DNA from: an uncultured Planctomycetota bacterium
GTDB lineage: Bacteria; Planctomycetota; Planctomycetia; Isosphaerales; Isosphaeraceae
Reading direction: 5' to 3'
NCBI GenBank assembly: GCA_963823665.1
Contig: CAWGMQ010000006.1
Span: 1,024,001-1,088,000 of the forward strand
DNA: 64,000 nt
Of the stretch, positions 51,169 to 64,000 are shown piece after piece. Every line of letters begins with the position of its first letter. Positions within the stretch are counted from its first letter, which is position 1. The notes under the pieces are model-generated. The model saw only the letters and a list, made by a program, of their open reading frames with translations. It ran no database searches and was not told where the DNA came from. Position numbers and translations under genes: made by a program.

Positions 51169-51231
51169 TCAATTGGACCCGCTTCCGTCTCCGTAGGGCT
51201 AATCCAGGAGCACAACATCGCCGCGTTTCAT
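51169..51231 (-). pseudogene. Truncated MazF/PemK-like toxin remnant
   Basis: ATG 51231 overlaps the upstream stop (ATGA) and reads M K R G D V V L L D * P Y G D G S G S N *. This matches the MazF/PemK N-terminal pattern RGD(V/I)V.....P......K.RP. Confidence 0.7.
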
Positions 51232-51461
51232 GGCGACCGGTCGTAGTGGCTAAGATCCTCCCAGTCATCCGGCTCGATATCCGCGAGAAGCGGATACATC
51301 GCCTCGACGTCATCTCCCCCGGCGATTGCTTTGATCTTCTCGAACTCTTCGGCTCGAATCAGCACGTAATGGGCACCGGTCGTCGCGTCAACGACGTATA
51401 CGGGCGCGCCGCCTTGATCCTTTAGCGCCTGCCGGAGATCGTCGGCAAGATTCGTTGTCAT
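51228..51461 (-). CDS. Small acidic protein, putative type II antitoxin (77 aa)
   Basis: MTTNLADDLRQALKDQGGAPVYVVDATTGAHYVLIRAEEFEK... with an acidic tail DDWEDLSHYD. GAGGA is upstream of the ATG, and the gene is coupled to the MazF-like stub. Confidence 0.7.
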   Translation of the reverse strand: MTTNLADDLRQALKDQGGAPVYVVDATTGAHYVLIRAEEFEKIKAIAGGDDVEAMYPLLADIEPDDWEDLSHYDRSP

Positions 51462-51703
51462 AGGATCCTCTGTTCCAGAATGACGGATGACTGTGTTCAA
51501 TATAGCCCGGCCGATTGATTGCTGCTAGCGATTCGCAGCTCGAACACAATCGATTCGAAACGCGCCCGAATGTCAACGAATCGGTTTGTGAAGCGCGCTG
51601 TGAACACACATATGCACCACGTGTGCTCAAGTCTGCCGCAAGAGCGCCCGTCGGCGCAAATCCCTTGCCCACGATCGGCTCTGCCTGGGGCGCTGGATAT
51701 CGA

Positions 51704-54700
51704 TCAGCCCAAGAAAAGACCTGACTTCAGCTTGTGACCTTTCGCTCGGGTTGCCAGCGCCAGGTCAACCGCCGATACTACGCCGTCGCCGTTCACGTCC
51801 GCTCCCAGCGGCGCGAGGCCTGTCGGGTTCGACAGGCTGATTTCGGCGGCGATTTCATTCAGGTCATTTTCGTCAACTGTTCCATCACCGGTCACGTCGC
51901 CAAGCAGCCGGTAGAAGTGGTGCACCGCGGTCGTTCCACTCGGCAGTGTGATATCGAGTTCGTAATAGCCATCCGCGCTCGTCGTGTTGGGGCTGCCGCC
52001 GATGCCGTTTGCACCGAAGTCCAGCTCGATCGCGTGGTCGATGACCGAGACGTTCACCCCCGAGAGAGAGACGGCTGACTTGCTCGACGCGTCGTCGTTC
52101 AAGTCGTACTGGTAAAGCTGGATCTCGGGCGATGCGCTCTTGAGTGAATTCACGATCTGGGTCAGCTCGCCGCCGGACTGGCTGTCCGACTCGTTGAAAT
52201 CGACTTGCAGGTAACGGATGTACGACCGCTCAACCGCGCCGTCCTCCACGATCAGGCTAGTCGTCTGGAGCTGCGCCGGCGTCGCATTCGCGAACGTCTC
52301 TGTGAGCGTCAGATTGGCGTTCGTTGGTGCCGCCTGCGTGTTGCCCGCACTGTCGAGCCCGATGCTGTAAAACGCGTAAGTGTGCGGGACGCCGTCTGTG
52401 AGCCCTTGGTAGGGATCGGTCGCCTGGACAATCCCCGCGCTATTTGCCGGTCCGGCGGGAATCGCCGGTGCGGCCAGCTTGTACGGCGCGGAATCGACCG
52501 ACACGAAGACCTCGAAATACGTCACGACACCACCGCCGGGATCACTTCCCGTGAGGTTGAGCGTGAACGTACCTGTGGCGGCGTTCAGCGTGCTGGGATT
52601 GGTGCCCGTCGTTCCGTCGACCGAGGTCACAGGCGGTGTCAGGTCTGGGAGATACGTGCTCGCTTCGATTGCCGGTGTCTTGACCTCGGTGTTGCCGGCG
52701 AGGTCGTGGGCGATGCTGTAGAAGGCGTAGGTCGTGTTGCTCTGGCCGGTGAAGCTGGCCGTCGGGTTGGAAGCCGGGACTGTCGTCCACAGCGCCCATG
52801 GTCCACCGTTCGTCGAGGAATAGACGTCGTACGACGTCACTCCGGAGGGAGGCGAGCCGCCGTCGGAGCCGGTGACGGAGACCGCGAACGTGAGGCTCGT
52901 GCCGCGTTTGGGAAGCGGGTTGACCGTGCTCGTCGGGGGCGTCGTGTCCATCAACCACGAGGTCGAGAGGGTTCCCGAACCGGGGTTGCCGGTCTGGTCG
53001 TCGATGCCGGCGGCGTTCACGGTCAAGGTGTAATTGCCGTTATTTGTGGTTAGCGTTCCCAGGCCGTTGATCTGGTAAGTCGATCCCGTCACCAATGCGA
53101 AGGTCACCGCGCTCGTGATGAGGTTTGCGCCGCCGTGATCGGTGAGCGTGACGCTCGAATCCGTGAATGAGCTGAGCGTGATCGGCTCGCTGAACGTGAC
53201 GTCGATGCTTGAGACAGTGGTGTTCCTCGGATTGGGCGAGACCGCCGCGATCGACGTGATACTCACGGGCGAAACGATCTGCACGGTTTGCTGGGCCGTG
53301 GTCGACGTGGGCTGCACGTTGCCCGCATTGTCGGTCGCAACGCTGTAGAACCCGTAAGTGTGACCGGCCTGGCCGTTGAATGGGGCAGAGGGACTTCCTG
53401 GCGTCACTGTGGTGAAGAGCATGTACGGCCCGCCGTCCTCCGAATCGTAAATCGCGATCGAGTCGACGCCCGAGGGTGTGCTCCCGTTCGACCCCGTTGG
53501 GTCAGTGCTGGTCACCGATACGGTAAAGCTCGTGGACGTGGTCTGCGCCGGCAACGAGTTGACGGTGCTGGTCGGTGGGGTCGTGTCCATGAGCCAAGAG
53601 GTTGATAGCGAGCCCGCGCCTGGGTTGCCGGATGTGTCGTCGATGTCTGATGCGTTGACGGTCAGGCTGTAAGTCCCCTCGGCTGTGGTCAGCCCAGCGA
53701 GGCCATCGATGTCATACGTGCTGCCCGAGGCGAGGCTGAGAGAGACGGCACTGCTGATCGTGACCGGATTGCCGTTGTCGGTCAGAGTGAGCGTGCTGGC
53801 GCTGAAGCTGCTGGTATTGACCGGCATGCTGAACGTGACGGCAACGGTCGAGACCGGCGTGTTTCGCGGGTTGGGTGTGACTGCGGCGATCGAGGTCACG
53901 GACAGAGAATTGAGGATCTGGACGGTTTCCTGCGCCGCCGCCGGCGTTGGCTGCACGTTCCCGGCGTTGTCAGTCGCGACGCTATAGAAGCCGTAGGTAT
54001 GCCCGGCCTGTCCCGTGAACGTGGTCGAGGGACTTCCGGGCGTCACCGTTGCCAACAGCGCGTACGCCCCACCGTCCTCCGAGTCGTAGATTGCGATCGA
54101 GTCGACGCCCGAGGGTGTGCTCCCGTTCGACCCCGTTGGGTCAGTGCTGGTCACCGATACGGTAAAGCTCGTGGACGTGGTCTGCGCCGGCAACGAGTTG
54201 ACGGTGCTGGTCGGTGGGGTCGTGTCCATGAGCCAAGAGGTCGATAGCGAGCCCGCGCCGGGGTTGCCGGATGTGTCGTCGATGTCTGATGCGTTGACGG
54301 TCAGGCTGTAAGTCCCCTCGGCTGTGGTCAGCCCAGCGAGGCCATCGATGTCATACGTGCTGCCCGACACCAGGCTGAGAGAGACGGCACTCGTGATCAG
54401 ATTGGGTCCGTTATTGTCGGTCAGCGCCAGCGCCCCCGCGCTCAGGCTGCTTATGTTGATCGGCTCGTTGAAGGCGACTTCGACGGATGGCACGGGCGAG
54501 TTGCGCGGATTGGGCAAGATCGTAGAAAATGATGAGACCGACAAGACGCTGAAGACGTCGATCGTCGCCGAACCGGTTGCATTCGTGTAATCCGTGGAGT
54601 CAGCTGGTGTAAAGACCGCCGACAAGACCTGGTTGTTACCAATCGGAAGAACGGTGCCGGCAGGCGGTGTGTAAGTGAAGCTACCGAGCACGCTGCCGGC

Positions 54701-57700
54701 GACTCCCGCAACCGTCCAGGAAGCCTGTGCATCAAGCTGGGTACTGGAGAGCGCCGTGCCAAACGGGATCGCCGCTGGATTGGTCCAAGAAGTCGTCGGC
54801 GTTGCTTGCTTGACGTTGATCGTGACCGTGGCCGAAGCGTCGGTGTAATCAGTGGCGTCGTTCGGAGCGAAGCTGACCGAAAGCGTCTGATCAGCGCCTG
54901 CTCCCAGAACGGTCCCCTGCGGGGGCGAGTACGTGAATGTCCCCTGCACGTCGGCCGTGGCGTCGAGCTGGGTTTTGCTCAGAGCCGTGCCGTAGGTGAT
55001 ATCGGCGGGAGTGGGCCATGTGATGCTGGGTGTTTGCAGCGCGGTGTATGTGAAGAGATCGGCAGACGACTTCATGGATACGCCGGCGGCGGTGGTGACG
55101 GTGACGTCCACCGCGCCGGCTGAGCCCGCTGGACTCGTCACCACGATCTGTGTGCCCGTGTCGCTCGCTATGGTCGCGGGGTTGATTCCGAAGTCCACCA
55201 CCACGTTGCCGCCGGCCAGGTTTGTGCCGGTTATGGTGACGCTCGTTCCGCCCCCGATCGGGCCCTGGCTCACGGAAAGACCGCTAACCGAGGGCGCTGT
55301 GATGAATGTATATAGATCATCCGGTGCAGTGACTGAGATCCCGCCGGGCGTCGTCACGGTGACATCAACTCTGGTCCCGGCCGTCCCGGATGGGCTCGTG
55401 GCCGTGATCTGCGTGCCGGTGTCCTGCGTGATCATCGCGGCAACGTCGCCGAAATCAACCGCCGTGGCGCCCTGGAGATTCGTCCCGGTGATGATCACCG
55501 TTGTGCCTCCGGCCGTTGTGCCCAGGCCCGGAGAAACACTGGTCACCGCCGGTGCGGCTTGATAGGTGAACTGATCGGCGGACGACTTCGCCGAGACGCC
55601 GCCGTCGGTGGTGACGGTGACGTCAACTGTGCCGGCGGCTCCAATTGGGCTAGTGACTGTGATCTGTGTGCCCGTGTCGGTGACGATCGTGGCGGCGGTT
55701 GTGCCAAAATCGACGGCGGATGCGCCCAGAAGGTTGGTGCCCTCGATTGCGACTGTCGTGCCCCCGGAGATTGGGCCGGCTGCCGGGGTAATTCCGCTGA
55801 CGGTTGGCGCGACCAGGTAGGTGAATTGATCGGCGGGCGTTCTGGCGGAGGTGCCGCCCGTCGCGACGAGCAGAACGTCAGCAGGGCCGCCTGATCCGGC
55901 GGGGCTGGTCGCCGTGATCTGCGTACCGGTGTCAGACTGAACTGGCACTGTGTTCGATCCGAATTCGACGGCCGTGACGGCGGAGAGATTCGTGCCGGTG
56001 ATCGTGACCGAAGTACCGCCGGAGACCGGGCCGGAGGCTGGAGAGACCCCCGTGACGATCGGTTGGGCGCCGGTGAGGGTAAACGTGCGTACGAAGTTGC
56101 CGCCGGCAGTCCCGTTTTCATCGCCGTCCAGGGCGTTGCCGCTCAAGTCATGGATGGTGTCGGTCGCCGTGCTGAAGACCGTGAGCTGATAGTCGCCCGC
56201 CGGCAGTGAGCCGCCATTCAATCCAGTCACCGTCAAGGTGACTTTGTTGCTGGTCGAGTTGTACTGCGGCGTGAGCGGATAGATGACGTCGTTCGGACTG
56301 CCGAAGCCGCTCGAGCCCGCCTGGACGAGCTGGTAGACGGCAGTTGAATCAGCGTCGATCGCATTGACTGGCTCGCTGAAGGTGAGCTGGAGCTGAGTGA
56401 AGGAGAACCCGGTGCCGCCGGTTTCGACAAACGCTGGAGTGACACTCGTGATCGAGGGCGGCGTCAAATTCAGGCTCGAGCCCTGGAACTCGTATGCTCC
56501 CAGATCGACGATGCCGGGCTCGAGCGTGTAAAGCACGGATGCGGCGCTCGTCAGATTGGTCCGGCCTGAGTATCCGGAGAGCAGTTGATAGGCCCATCCA
56601 TTGCCGGCCGAGAGGCCGATGGTCGGTGTGAGGTTCGTGTTGCCGGCACCGTAGTAGAACTGGATGTTGCCGCCGGAGTAGAGCGTGACAGCGAAATTGG
56701 CCTGACTTTGATCGACCGTGTTGGTGGCCACCCAGCGGAACGTCACCTGATTGGCAACTGAGCTATCAACGTAGATATTATCGCCAGTCTGATTGGTTTC
56801 GAGGCTCGCCCAGAGAGGGGCAATGCGGGCGTCAGCGAGAAGCTCAGCCGCGGGGTTCGAGCCGGTGCCGGGGGAATCAGGACCGGCAAATTGCAGGAAC
56901 CCGTCCGTTGATACGCTTACCTTGGTATATGATTGTCCATAGTAAGTGAATGAGAACGGGAGCGTGTAATTGAAGTAGGTATTGACGCCCTGCCAGTTCT
57001 GGGCGGTGCCGCCGGAGGGATAAACCGGCTCAGCAGTAACCGTGGCAGGGAAGTACTCGGGCGAGCCCTGGTTGGGTGTGCCCGGGTCATCCAGTCGGGG
57101 GGTGCCGAGGATGTCAGTGGAGGGGGCGATCCAGGAGTAACCGCGGTCGATGGCGGGTGAGCCGGCCGAAAGCGCGAAGTTGTCGTCCTGGCCAAAGTCG
57201 GCATACACTCCGTTGACGTCCGTGTAGCCCAGCAGGCCGTCGGCACCCGTGATATTCACAAAATCCGGGTTGGCACTCTCGGAATGCACTTCCTGGCCTG
57301 TCGCCGCCTGCCAGGCGCTCAAGTTGCTCTCCACGCCGCTGGTCGAGGAGCTATACCAGAATCCGACGCTGACAGCCGAGGCGCCGCCGGTATAAAGATC
57401 GTTATAGTCGCTGTTGAACCCGGTCTCGCTGCCCTGGGCAACGTAGATGTCAAAGCCGGCCAGGACCTCGATGATGTTGTTGCGGAGTAGAACGTTGTAG
57501 GCGCCCGAATCGAGCCGCACTGCATTTCCCGATATCTGGTAGATGGTGTTATTGACAATCTGGCCGCCGCCGCCGGAGCTGTTCTCGACCAGGATGCCGT
57601 CGGTTGTGTTGGCATAGACCAGGTTGTCATCGACGTGCCCGTTAAAGTTGTAGTCGAGGTAGATGCCGATGTTGTTCGAGTAAGCGTCGTTGCCGGCAAC

Positions 57701-60700
57701 GGGGGAGCTTCCCTCGCTAAAGATTCCGACATCGCTGTTGTTGTACAGGCGATTGTCGAGGATCGGCTCTCCGGTGTAATCGGTTTCGATGCCGATGTAG
57801 TTGCCGTAGAGCACGTTATTTTCGACAACGCCGCCGCCGCCAAAATCAGAGACGGAGATGCCGATCGCTCCGCTGGCCGATTGGCCATACACCGCGTTGC
57901 CGGAGACCACGAAGTCTTTCTCGGAAAAGATGCCGATGCTCGTGTTGTTGCGCACGATGTTGTTGCTGATGGTGTTGGTCGCGGAGGTCGTAGATTCGGT
58001 TGAGACGGTGATGCCGGTGGCGTTGCCGTAGACCACGTTGCCGCTGATCAGGATGCCGCCGTTTGATCCGTCGTCAAAATCACGGATGCCGTCGCCGGAG
58101 TGATCGAAAACGGTGTTATTTGTGATCGTATTCGAGTCTGTATTCAGGTAGATGCCATTGGGCTGCTTGGTGCCGTCGGCCGCCAGATCGCCGTAGACGG
58201 TGTTGCCGGTGAAGGTGGCGTCGTCATTCGAGCTGTCGAGGAACACGCCGTAGTCGGCATTCCCGTAGATGGTGGAATCGCTGACGGTGAGTCCGGTGCT
58301 GTCTGCGGTGCTGGAGCCATAAATTCCTGCGTAAGCGCCCGTGATGGTCAAATGGCTCAAGGTGATGTTTGTGCCGCCTTCCATCTGGAAGTCGTAGTCG
58401 CCGGTATTGAGATCGCCGCGGGTCAAGACCGCGCCGGGGCCGGTGGTCGGGCCGACGATCGTCACGCCGCTGTGCAGCAGGTCGAGGTCAACATTGCGCA
58501 GCAGCGTGTAGTCGCCCGTATCGACGTAGACCGTATCACCCGGCCCGAGCGGATAGGCTTGCAAGAGTGCGGCCAAGGTCGCCATGGGATCCGCGGGGTC
58601 CTTGCCGCTGTTGGCATCGTTGCCCGGGGCGGTGGTGTAAACTGCGCCGGTCGTCGCACCGGGGTTGATGTAGTAGTTGTCGCCGTTGTTTGCGATCAGG
58701 AACTGCTGCTGTGATAGGCCGCTGGGGTCGGTTCCATTGTTGGCGGTGACCTCGACCTGGTAGCCTGAGCCAAGCGTCACGCCGGTCGGGATTGTCCAGA
58801 GGAAGCTGCCGCTGTCAGGTACGCCAGTCGCGATGTTTTGAACGATCGAGCCGTTTTGCAGCAAGTTAATGTTCACGGTGCCGTAGATTCGCTGCGCGTA
58901 GTGGGCTGCGACCTTCGCCGCCGAGAGGGCCGACGTGTAGAACGCAGCCTCCTGAAGCGCGCCGGAGTAGGAAGTGTAGCCATAAGCGGCCAAGTCGTTC
59001 TTGCCGAGGTAGTTCTCGGTGCGCACGATCCCCGATCGCGGCACGCTGGTTGTCCCCGTTGCAATAGGCTGGCCGTTCTTGTAGATCGTGACGTCCCCCT
59101 TGGAATCCATTGTCACGGCGAAGTATTGCCACTGGTTGAGCGAGATGGCGTTCTGCGCCACGACTTGGCCGCCCTGGTTGTAGCCCTGGTAGACCTGGAA
59201 GGCGAGGTTGTTGGTCGTACCCACGCGGTAGAGGAGAATGCTGTCGGAAAAGGCACCATTGCCGAGATCGAAGAACTCCTGGTTATTGCTGACCGCTGTC
59301 GGGTCGGCCCAGAACTCGGCGCTGAAACCGCTGGTGAAGTCGTTCGTGATCGTCGGGAGCTGGATGTAGCTGGTGCTGCCGTTCAAGCCGACGGCGGTAC
59401 CTTTGTCGAACGGCAATGCGCCCGACAGGCCGAGCTGCACGCCGCCGACGTAAGTCGCATTATTGCCGTTGCCGGATGCATCCGTGGCGGTGGTGCCGAC
59501 GGTGTCGCCCAGCGGGTAGTAAGCGATCGGGTTGTCGGCGAGCACGGCGCTGGAATAGTAAGCGGCGGGGGCGTAGAGCGAGCCGGTCTGCCAGGTGATG
59601 TTTTCCTGCTGGCCGATCTGGAGCTTGTCGAGCGGGCCTGGTGTGAGGACGGAGACCTGGGCACCCTGACTGCCCGTCGCCAGCGCGGTGCCGCCGTAGG
59701 CGCCAAGGTCAATGCGGCCGCCGCTGTCCGTCGGCTCGAGGCCGAGCGTCTCGACGGGATCACCCGCGTCGACTGCAGGCGAGCCCGAAGCGAGCCGAAA
59801 ATCATCGTCTCCGCCGCCGTTGCCCTGCACCTGCTGGATCATGACGGCGTCGGCGGCCACGTTGCCGGAAGCCAGATTGCTGAGCTGCACCGTGAGTGTG
59901 CCGCCAGAGCTCACAAAGTATCCCAGCGTTTGCCACGGCGGCGTGCCCGATCCACTGGGGGCATTGATCTGCGACTCACCAGCCAGAAAGATGACTTGGG
60001 AGCCATCGATGACCGTGAAAGGCGCGCTGGCGGCACCGCTATACGAAAGCGACGGCCACGTCGCTGCGACCGCGTAGGTTGCCCCCTTCTTAAGCCCCGT
60101 GAAGCTCCAGGTCGCCACGTCATTGCCTGGACCGGGGGCGGCCAGGAGATATTCACCGTTCTCGGCGGCAGCCGCAGTGGTCTGCGTCCAGCTTCCGGTT
60201 GTGCTGAAGCCGGTCGGGCTGCTGTCGTCGATCACCTGCGCGGCGCCGATCGGAGTCGTACTGAATCCGAGAATGCCGTCTGGCCCCGCGGCGTTCACAA
60301 AGCCTGGATTCACACTCAGGCTGTGCTGGTCTTGCCCAAGGAGGTAGAACCAGCTCGCCTGAGTGCGGATCGTCTGGCCCTGCCACGAGCCGAGCTGACC
60401 GGTGCCGGTCGTATACAGGTCGTTGTAGTCGCTATGGAATCCGACCTCACTGGTGGCGTCAACGTTCAGGTCGAAACCGCCCTGGGTCCAGAGGATGTTG
60501 TTCTCGAGTGAGAGATAGCTGGAGCTTGTGTTGATGTCGACGGCATCGCCCGCGAGCTGGTAAACCGTGTTGCCGGTAATCGACAGGTTGATTCCACCGC
60601 TGACCAGAATGCCTGCGATCGTATTCTCATAGACCAGGTTGTTGGTCACCGGACGCTGCGAATTGGAGTCAAGCGCGATGCCAGTGGCATTCGCGTAGAC

Positions 60701-63700
60701 AGTGTTGCCGATGACGGGCGTGGTGCCCTGAGCCTCAATGCCGATGCCCGTGTTGTGGTAGACCGTATTTCCTGAGATCGGCGCATTGGAATTATCCGAG
60801 TAGATGCCGGTCGCGTTGTCATGGACGATGTTGCCGGTGAGCTCGTCGAAGGTCGATGTGCTGATGCCGGTGCCGGACTGAGCGTAGACAGAATTGTCGG
60901 TTATGTTCACATTGTCGTTGGCGTTTATTCCCGTACCGTTGTCGAAGACGGTATTGCCGCTGATGGTCGAGGCGTTAGCCGCGCCCGACGTGTCGCCGTA
61001 GACCGTGATGCCGGTTCCACAGGCGTAGACTTGGTTGTCGATGACGTTTGGCCCGGTGCCGGAGGCATAGAGGACAATTCCGTAATAGCGGCTGTCGAAA
61101 ACAGTGTTTCCCATCACGGTCACCGCGCCGGAAAAGCCCGGACTGTCGTTGGTCGCCGCGATTCCGTACGGCTGGTTCTGGGTCGTATTGCCGGAGTACG
61201 TGAGGCCGTAGACGGTGTTATCGATGATCTGCGCAGAGCTGTCGGCGGCGCCAATGTAAATGCCGTCGTTGTCATTAGCAAAAACGCTGCAGTGGCTGAC
61301 GGTGACGTTCAAGCTATTGGTGTCGTCTTTGAGATCGACACCGATCGCGCCGCCCGTGAGCGAGAGATACTCGATGGTGAGACCGGCTGCGCCTGCGATG
61401 TCGACGGCGTCCGATACGTTGTTGTTCCTGTTGAAGACCGCGGGCGCCCCGGAGGTTGGGCCGGTGATCACCAGGCCGCTGTGACTTGCACCGATCACCA
61501 CGGGTTGAACGAGCGTGTAGTCGCCCGGTCCGATGTAGACGGTGTTGCCCGAGCCCAGGTTCGGATAGGCATTTAGCAAGGCCGAAAGGCTGGCCATTGC
61601 ATCGGCGGGATCAGTGCCGGAGTTCGAGTCGTTGCCGTTGGCCGCGACGTAGTAATTGGTGGTGGCAGCGTCGATCTGGAGCGAGGAGGGTGATGCACCG
61701 CTCGTTTGGGTTTGGTTGTTGACGGTCACACGCACCGCAAAATCCCCGCCGGTGGGAGCGTTTGCCGGCACCGTCCAGTTGAAGCTGCCGTTGTCCGGAA
61801 CGTTGCTGGCGATGTTCTGCACAACCGAGCCGTTTTGCAGCAGGTCGATGTTGACTGTCCCGTAGACTCGCTGCGCGTAGTGGGCCGCGACCTGCGCCGC
61901 CGAGAGGGCCGACGTGTAGAACGCAGCGTCCTGAAGCGCGCCTGCGTACGAAGTGTAGGCATAAGCGGCCAGGTCGTTCTTGCCGAGGTAGTTCTCGGTG
62001 CGCACGATCCCCGATCGCGGCACGCTGGTCGTCCCGGTTGCAATCGGCTGGCCGTTCTTGTAGATCGCGACGTCCCCCTTGGAATCCATCGTCACGGCGA
62101 AGTATTGCCACTGGTTGAGCGAGATGGCATTCTGCGCCACGACTTGCCCGCCTTGAGTGCCCCCCTGGTAGACCTGGAAGGCGAGGTTGTTGGAGGTACC
62201 CAGGCGGTAGAGGAGGATGCTGTCGGAAAAGGCACCATTGCCGAGATCGAAGAACTCCTGGTTATTGCTGACCGCTGTCGGGTCGGCCCAGAACTCGGCA
62301 CTGAAACCGCTGGTGAAGTCGTTCGTGATCGTGGGGAGCTGAACGTAGCCGGTGCTGCCGTTCAGGGTCGCGGACGTGCCGGGGTCGAAGGGCAATGCGC
62401 CCGGAGTCCCGAGCTGCACGCCGCCGACGTATGTGGCATTATTGCCGTTGCCGGATGCATCCGTCGCAGTCGTGCCGGAGGTTTCGCCCAACGGGTAGTA
62501 CGCCAGTGGATCATCGGCCAGGACGGCGTTCGCATAGTAGCCGGACGGGGCATAGATGCCGTTGGTCTGCCAGGTGATCGTTGTTTGCTGGCCTTGCTGC
62601 AAGCGATTCAAGTTCCCTGGTGTGAGCACCTGAACGAGTTGTCCTGAGCTGATCGTCGCTTGCGCCGTGCCGCCGTCGCTGCCCAGGTTGATCCGGTTGC
62701 CATTGGGCTCGGGCTCAAGCCCCACTGGCAAAACGGGGTTGCCGGCGTCGATGGTCGGCGAAGCGGGACTGACGTGGAGATCATCGTCACCGCCGCCGTT
62801 GCCGACGATCTGCTGGAGGTAGACGGAGCCGGCGGCCACCGGGCCACCGGCGTAGTTTGTGAGCGTGACGGTGACGGAAGTGCCGGCGACGGTGACGTAG
62901 CCGAGCTCCTGGAAGAAGGCTTCGCCGCCACCCGTCCCCCCGCTTCCCTTCGGGCCCTTATCATTCGCCAGTACGTTCACCTCAGCTTCGAGCACGCCCG
63001 GAACGCTCGGCGCGGCGAGCGCGCTCAGATTCAAAGAGCTTGTGGTGTCGGAATTGGTCGGCCAGTTGTAGGTGAGCACCACTGGATCGCCGTTGGGCCA
63101 CGTCGGGTTGGTCGCGACGACGGCATTCAGCGCGTCCTGCGAGCCCGTCGTGCCGGGAACGATCTGAATCGACTGGACGGGGGAAGCGATCCCGTTCCCG
63201 GACTGGTTGGCTTTCTGGTACAGCACGACGTTGCCGTTGTCGTTCACTTCAAACGCGGCATCGCTTGCCGCCCCGCTCTGCGCCTGAAAGCCCGTGGTTA
63301 CCAGGTAACTGGCTCCTGAGGTCAAGCCGGTGAAAGTCCAGGTGACGGAAGACGACCCGTTTCCGGCTGATATCGTGTAGCCGCCATTGCCATAGGATGT
63401 CCACGGCCCGCTTACACTCTCGCTTCCGGCGCTCTGGAATGGGCCGGCTGGAGCCGCGCTGAAAACCGAGCACGCCGTCGGGGCCGGCAGCATTCACGAA
63501 TTGCGGGTTCGCGCTGATGCTGTGCTGATCGAGGTTCAGCTCGAGAATCCAGCTCGCGAGCGAATTGAAGGCCTGGCCTTCCCACAAGCCGATCGCACCG
63601 TTGCCGGTAGCGTAAAGATCGTTGTAGTCGCTCTGGAGACCGGCTTCGCCCGTGGGCGCGACGTTCATGTCATAGCCGGCTTGAGTCCAGAGGATGTTGT

Positions 63701-64000
63701 TCTGGAGGTATTCCTGGGTGGATTCGTAGCCGACGTCGATGGCATCGCCCTGCGGCTGGTAGATGGTGTTGTTCGTGGCGGTGCAGTCGGGGTCTTCGTA
63801 GAACAGGATGCCCTGGTTGCTGTTCTCATAAATCAGGTTGTTCTGGATCGTGGCGCCTGAACCGTAGTTTGCCACGATGCCGCTCGCGTTGCCGTAGACA
63901 GTGTTTCCCCTGGCTACGCTCTCGTACTGGAGGACGATGCCTGCACCCGCATTTCCGTATACGGTGTTGTTTGCGATCAGATTGGTCGAATAACTATCAC
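51704..64000 (-). CDS. Giant secreted protein 2 (>4,000 aa, start outside window): right-handed beta-helix modules, golvesin/CBD-like domains, two LamG-like jellyrolls, four IPT/TIG domains, MBG-like and Ig/FN3-like repeats, C-terminal dockerin-like domain; one frameshift at about 63463
   Basis: ORF 51704..63493 joins ORF 63249..63875 at GGTTTTCAGC; the internal paralogous module reads GILGFS. Contains NNLVYEN/GNTVY beta-helix repeats, LNQWQYFAVT LamG, GGTSVTITGTNL IPT, and GDVTGDGTVDENDL...ADVNGDGVVSAVDL. Confidence 0.9.
53290..54400 (-). repeat. Intragenic tandem duplication, 639-bp period (213 aa)
   Basis: Identical shadow ORFs at 53478 and 54117. Confidence 0.85.
58860..62540 (-). repeat. 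Two near-identical LamG-domain coding copies (about 58860-59560 and 61840-62540), 2979 bp apart
   Basis: PTITNDFTSGFSAEFWADPTAVSNNQEFFDLGNGAFSDSILLYR...VAAHYAQR occurs twice with near-identical DNA. Confidence 0.85.

Noticed and set aside
51124..51576. TTGACA hexamers on the minus strand at 51147-51152 and 51571-51576 as sigma-70 promoters
   Set aside because: The -10 matches at 17-bp spacing are poor (AATTTT, TCGATT), so they cannot be supported from sequence alone.
63455..63470. Programmed frameshift or phase-variation site in giant gene 2
   Set aside because: It is only an A4 run with no slippery heptamer or long tract. A single-base sequencing error is simpler.

Overview
High-GC bacterial DNA that looks like Planctomycetota, probably Isosphaeraceae-like. 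This is inferred from the LE-x-RTLL extracellular signal, a DUF1559 prepilin-like gene, an ECF sigma coupled to Ser/Thr kinase-WD40 genes, and a dockerin-tipped giant protein. Two giant repeat-rich secreted/surface protein genes lie on the minus strand at the two ends: <1..27431 (>9,000 codons, six 1-2 nt frame breaks) and 51704..>64000 (one break). Between them is a signalling island containing an ECF sigma factor translationally coupled to two membrane kinase-WD40 genes, a small secreted protein, a DUF1559 gene leading three tandem kinase-STAND ATPase-TPR paralogues, a small membrane protein, and an intact antitoxin-like gene followed by a broken MazF/PemK-like stub. The strongest unannotated signal is a bipartite motif, TGTAAC-N15/16-GCAGGA, found four times, each copy pointing into a transcription unit (sigma gene, giant gene 1, secreted protein, DUF1559-kinase array). 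The sigma has Ser in place of the acidic residue of the DAED motif. Together these suggest a self-contained, phosphorylation-activated ECF regulon. All family assignments come from motif recognition by eye; no database searches were run.
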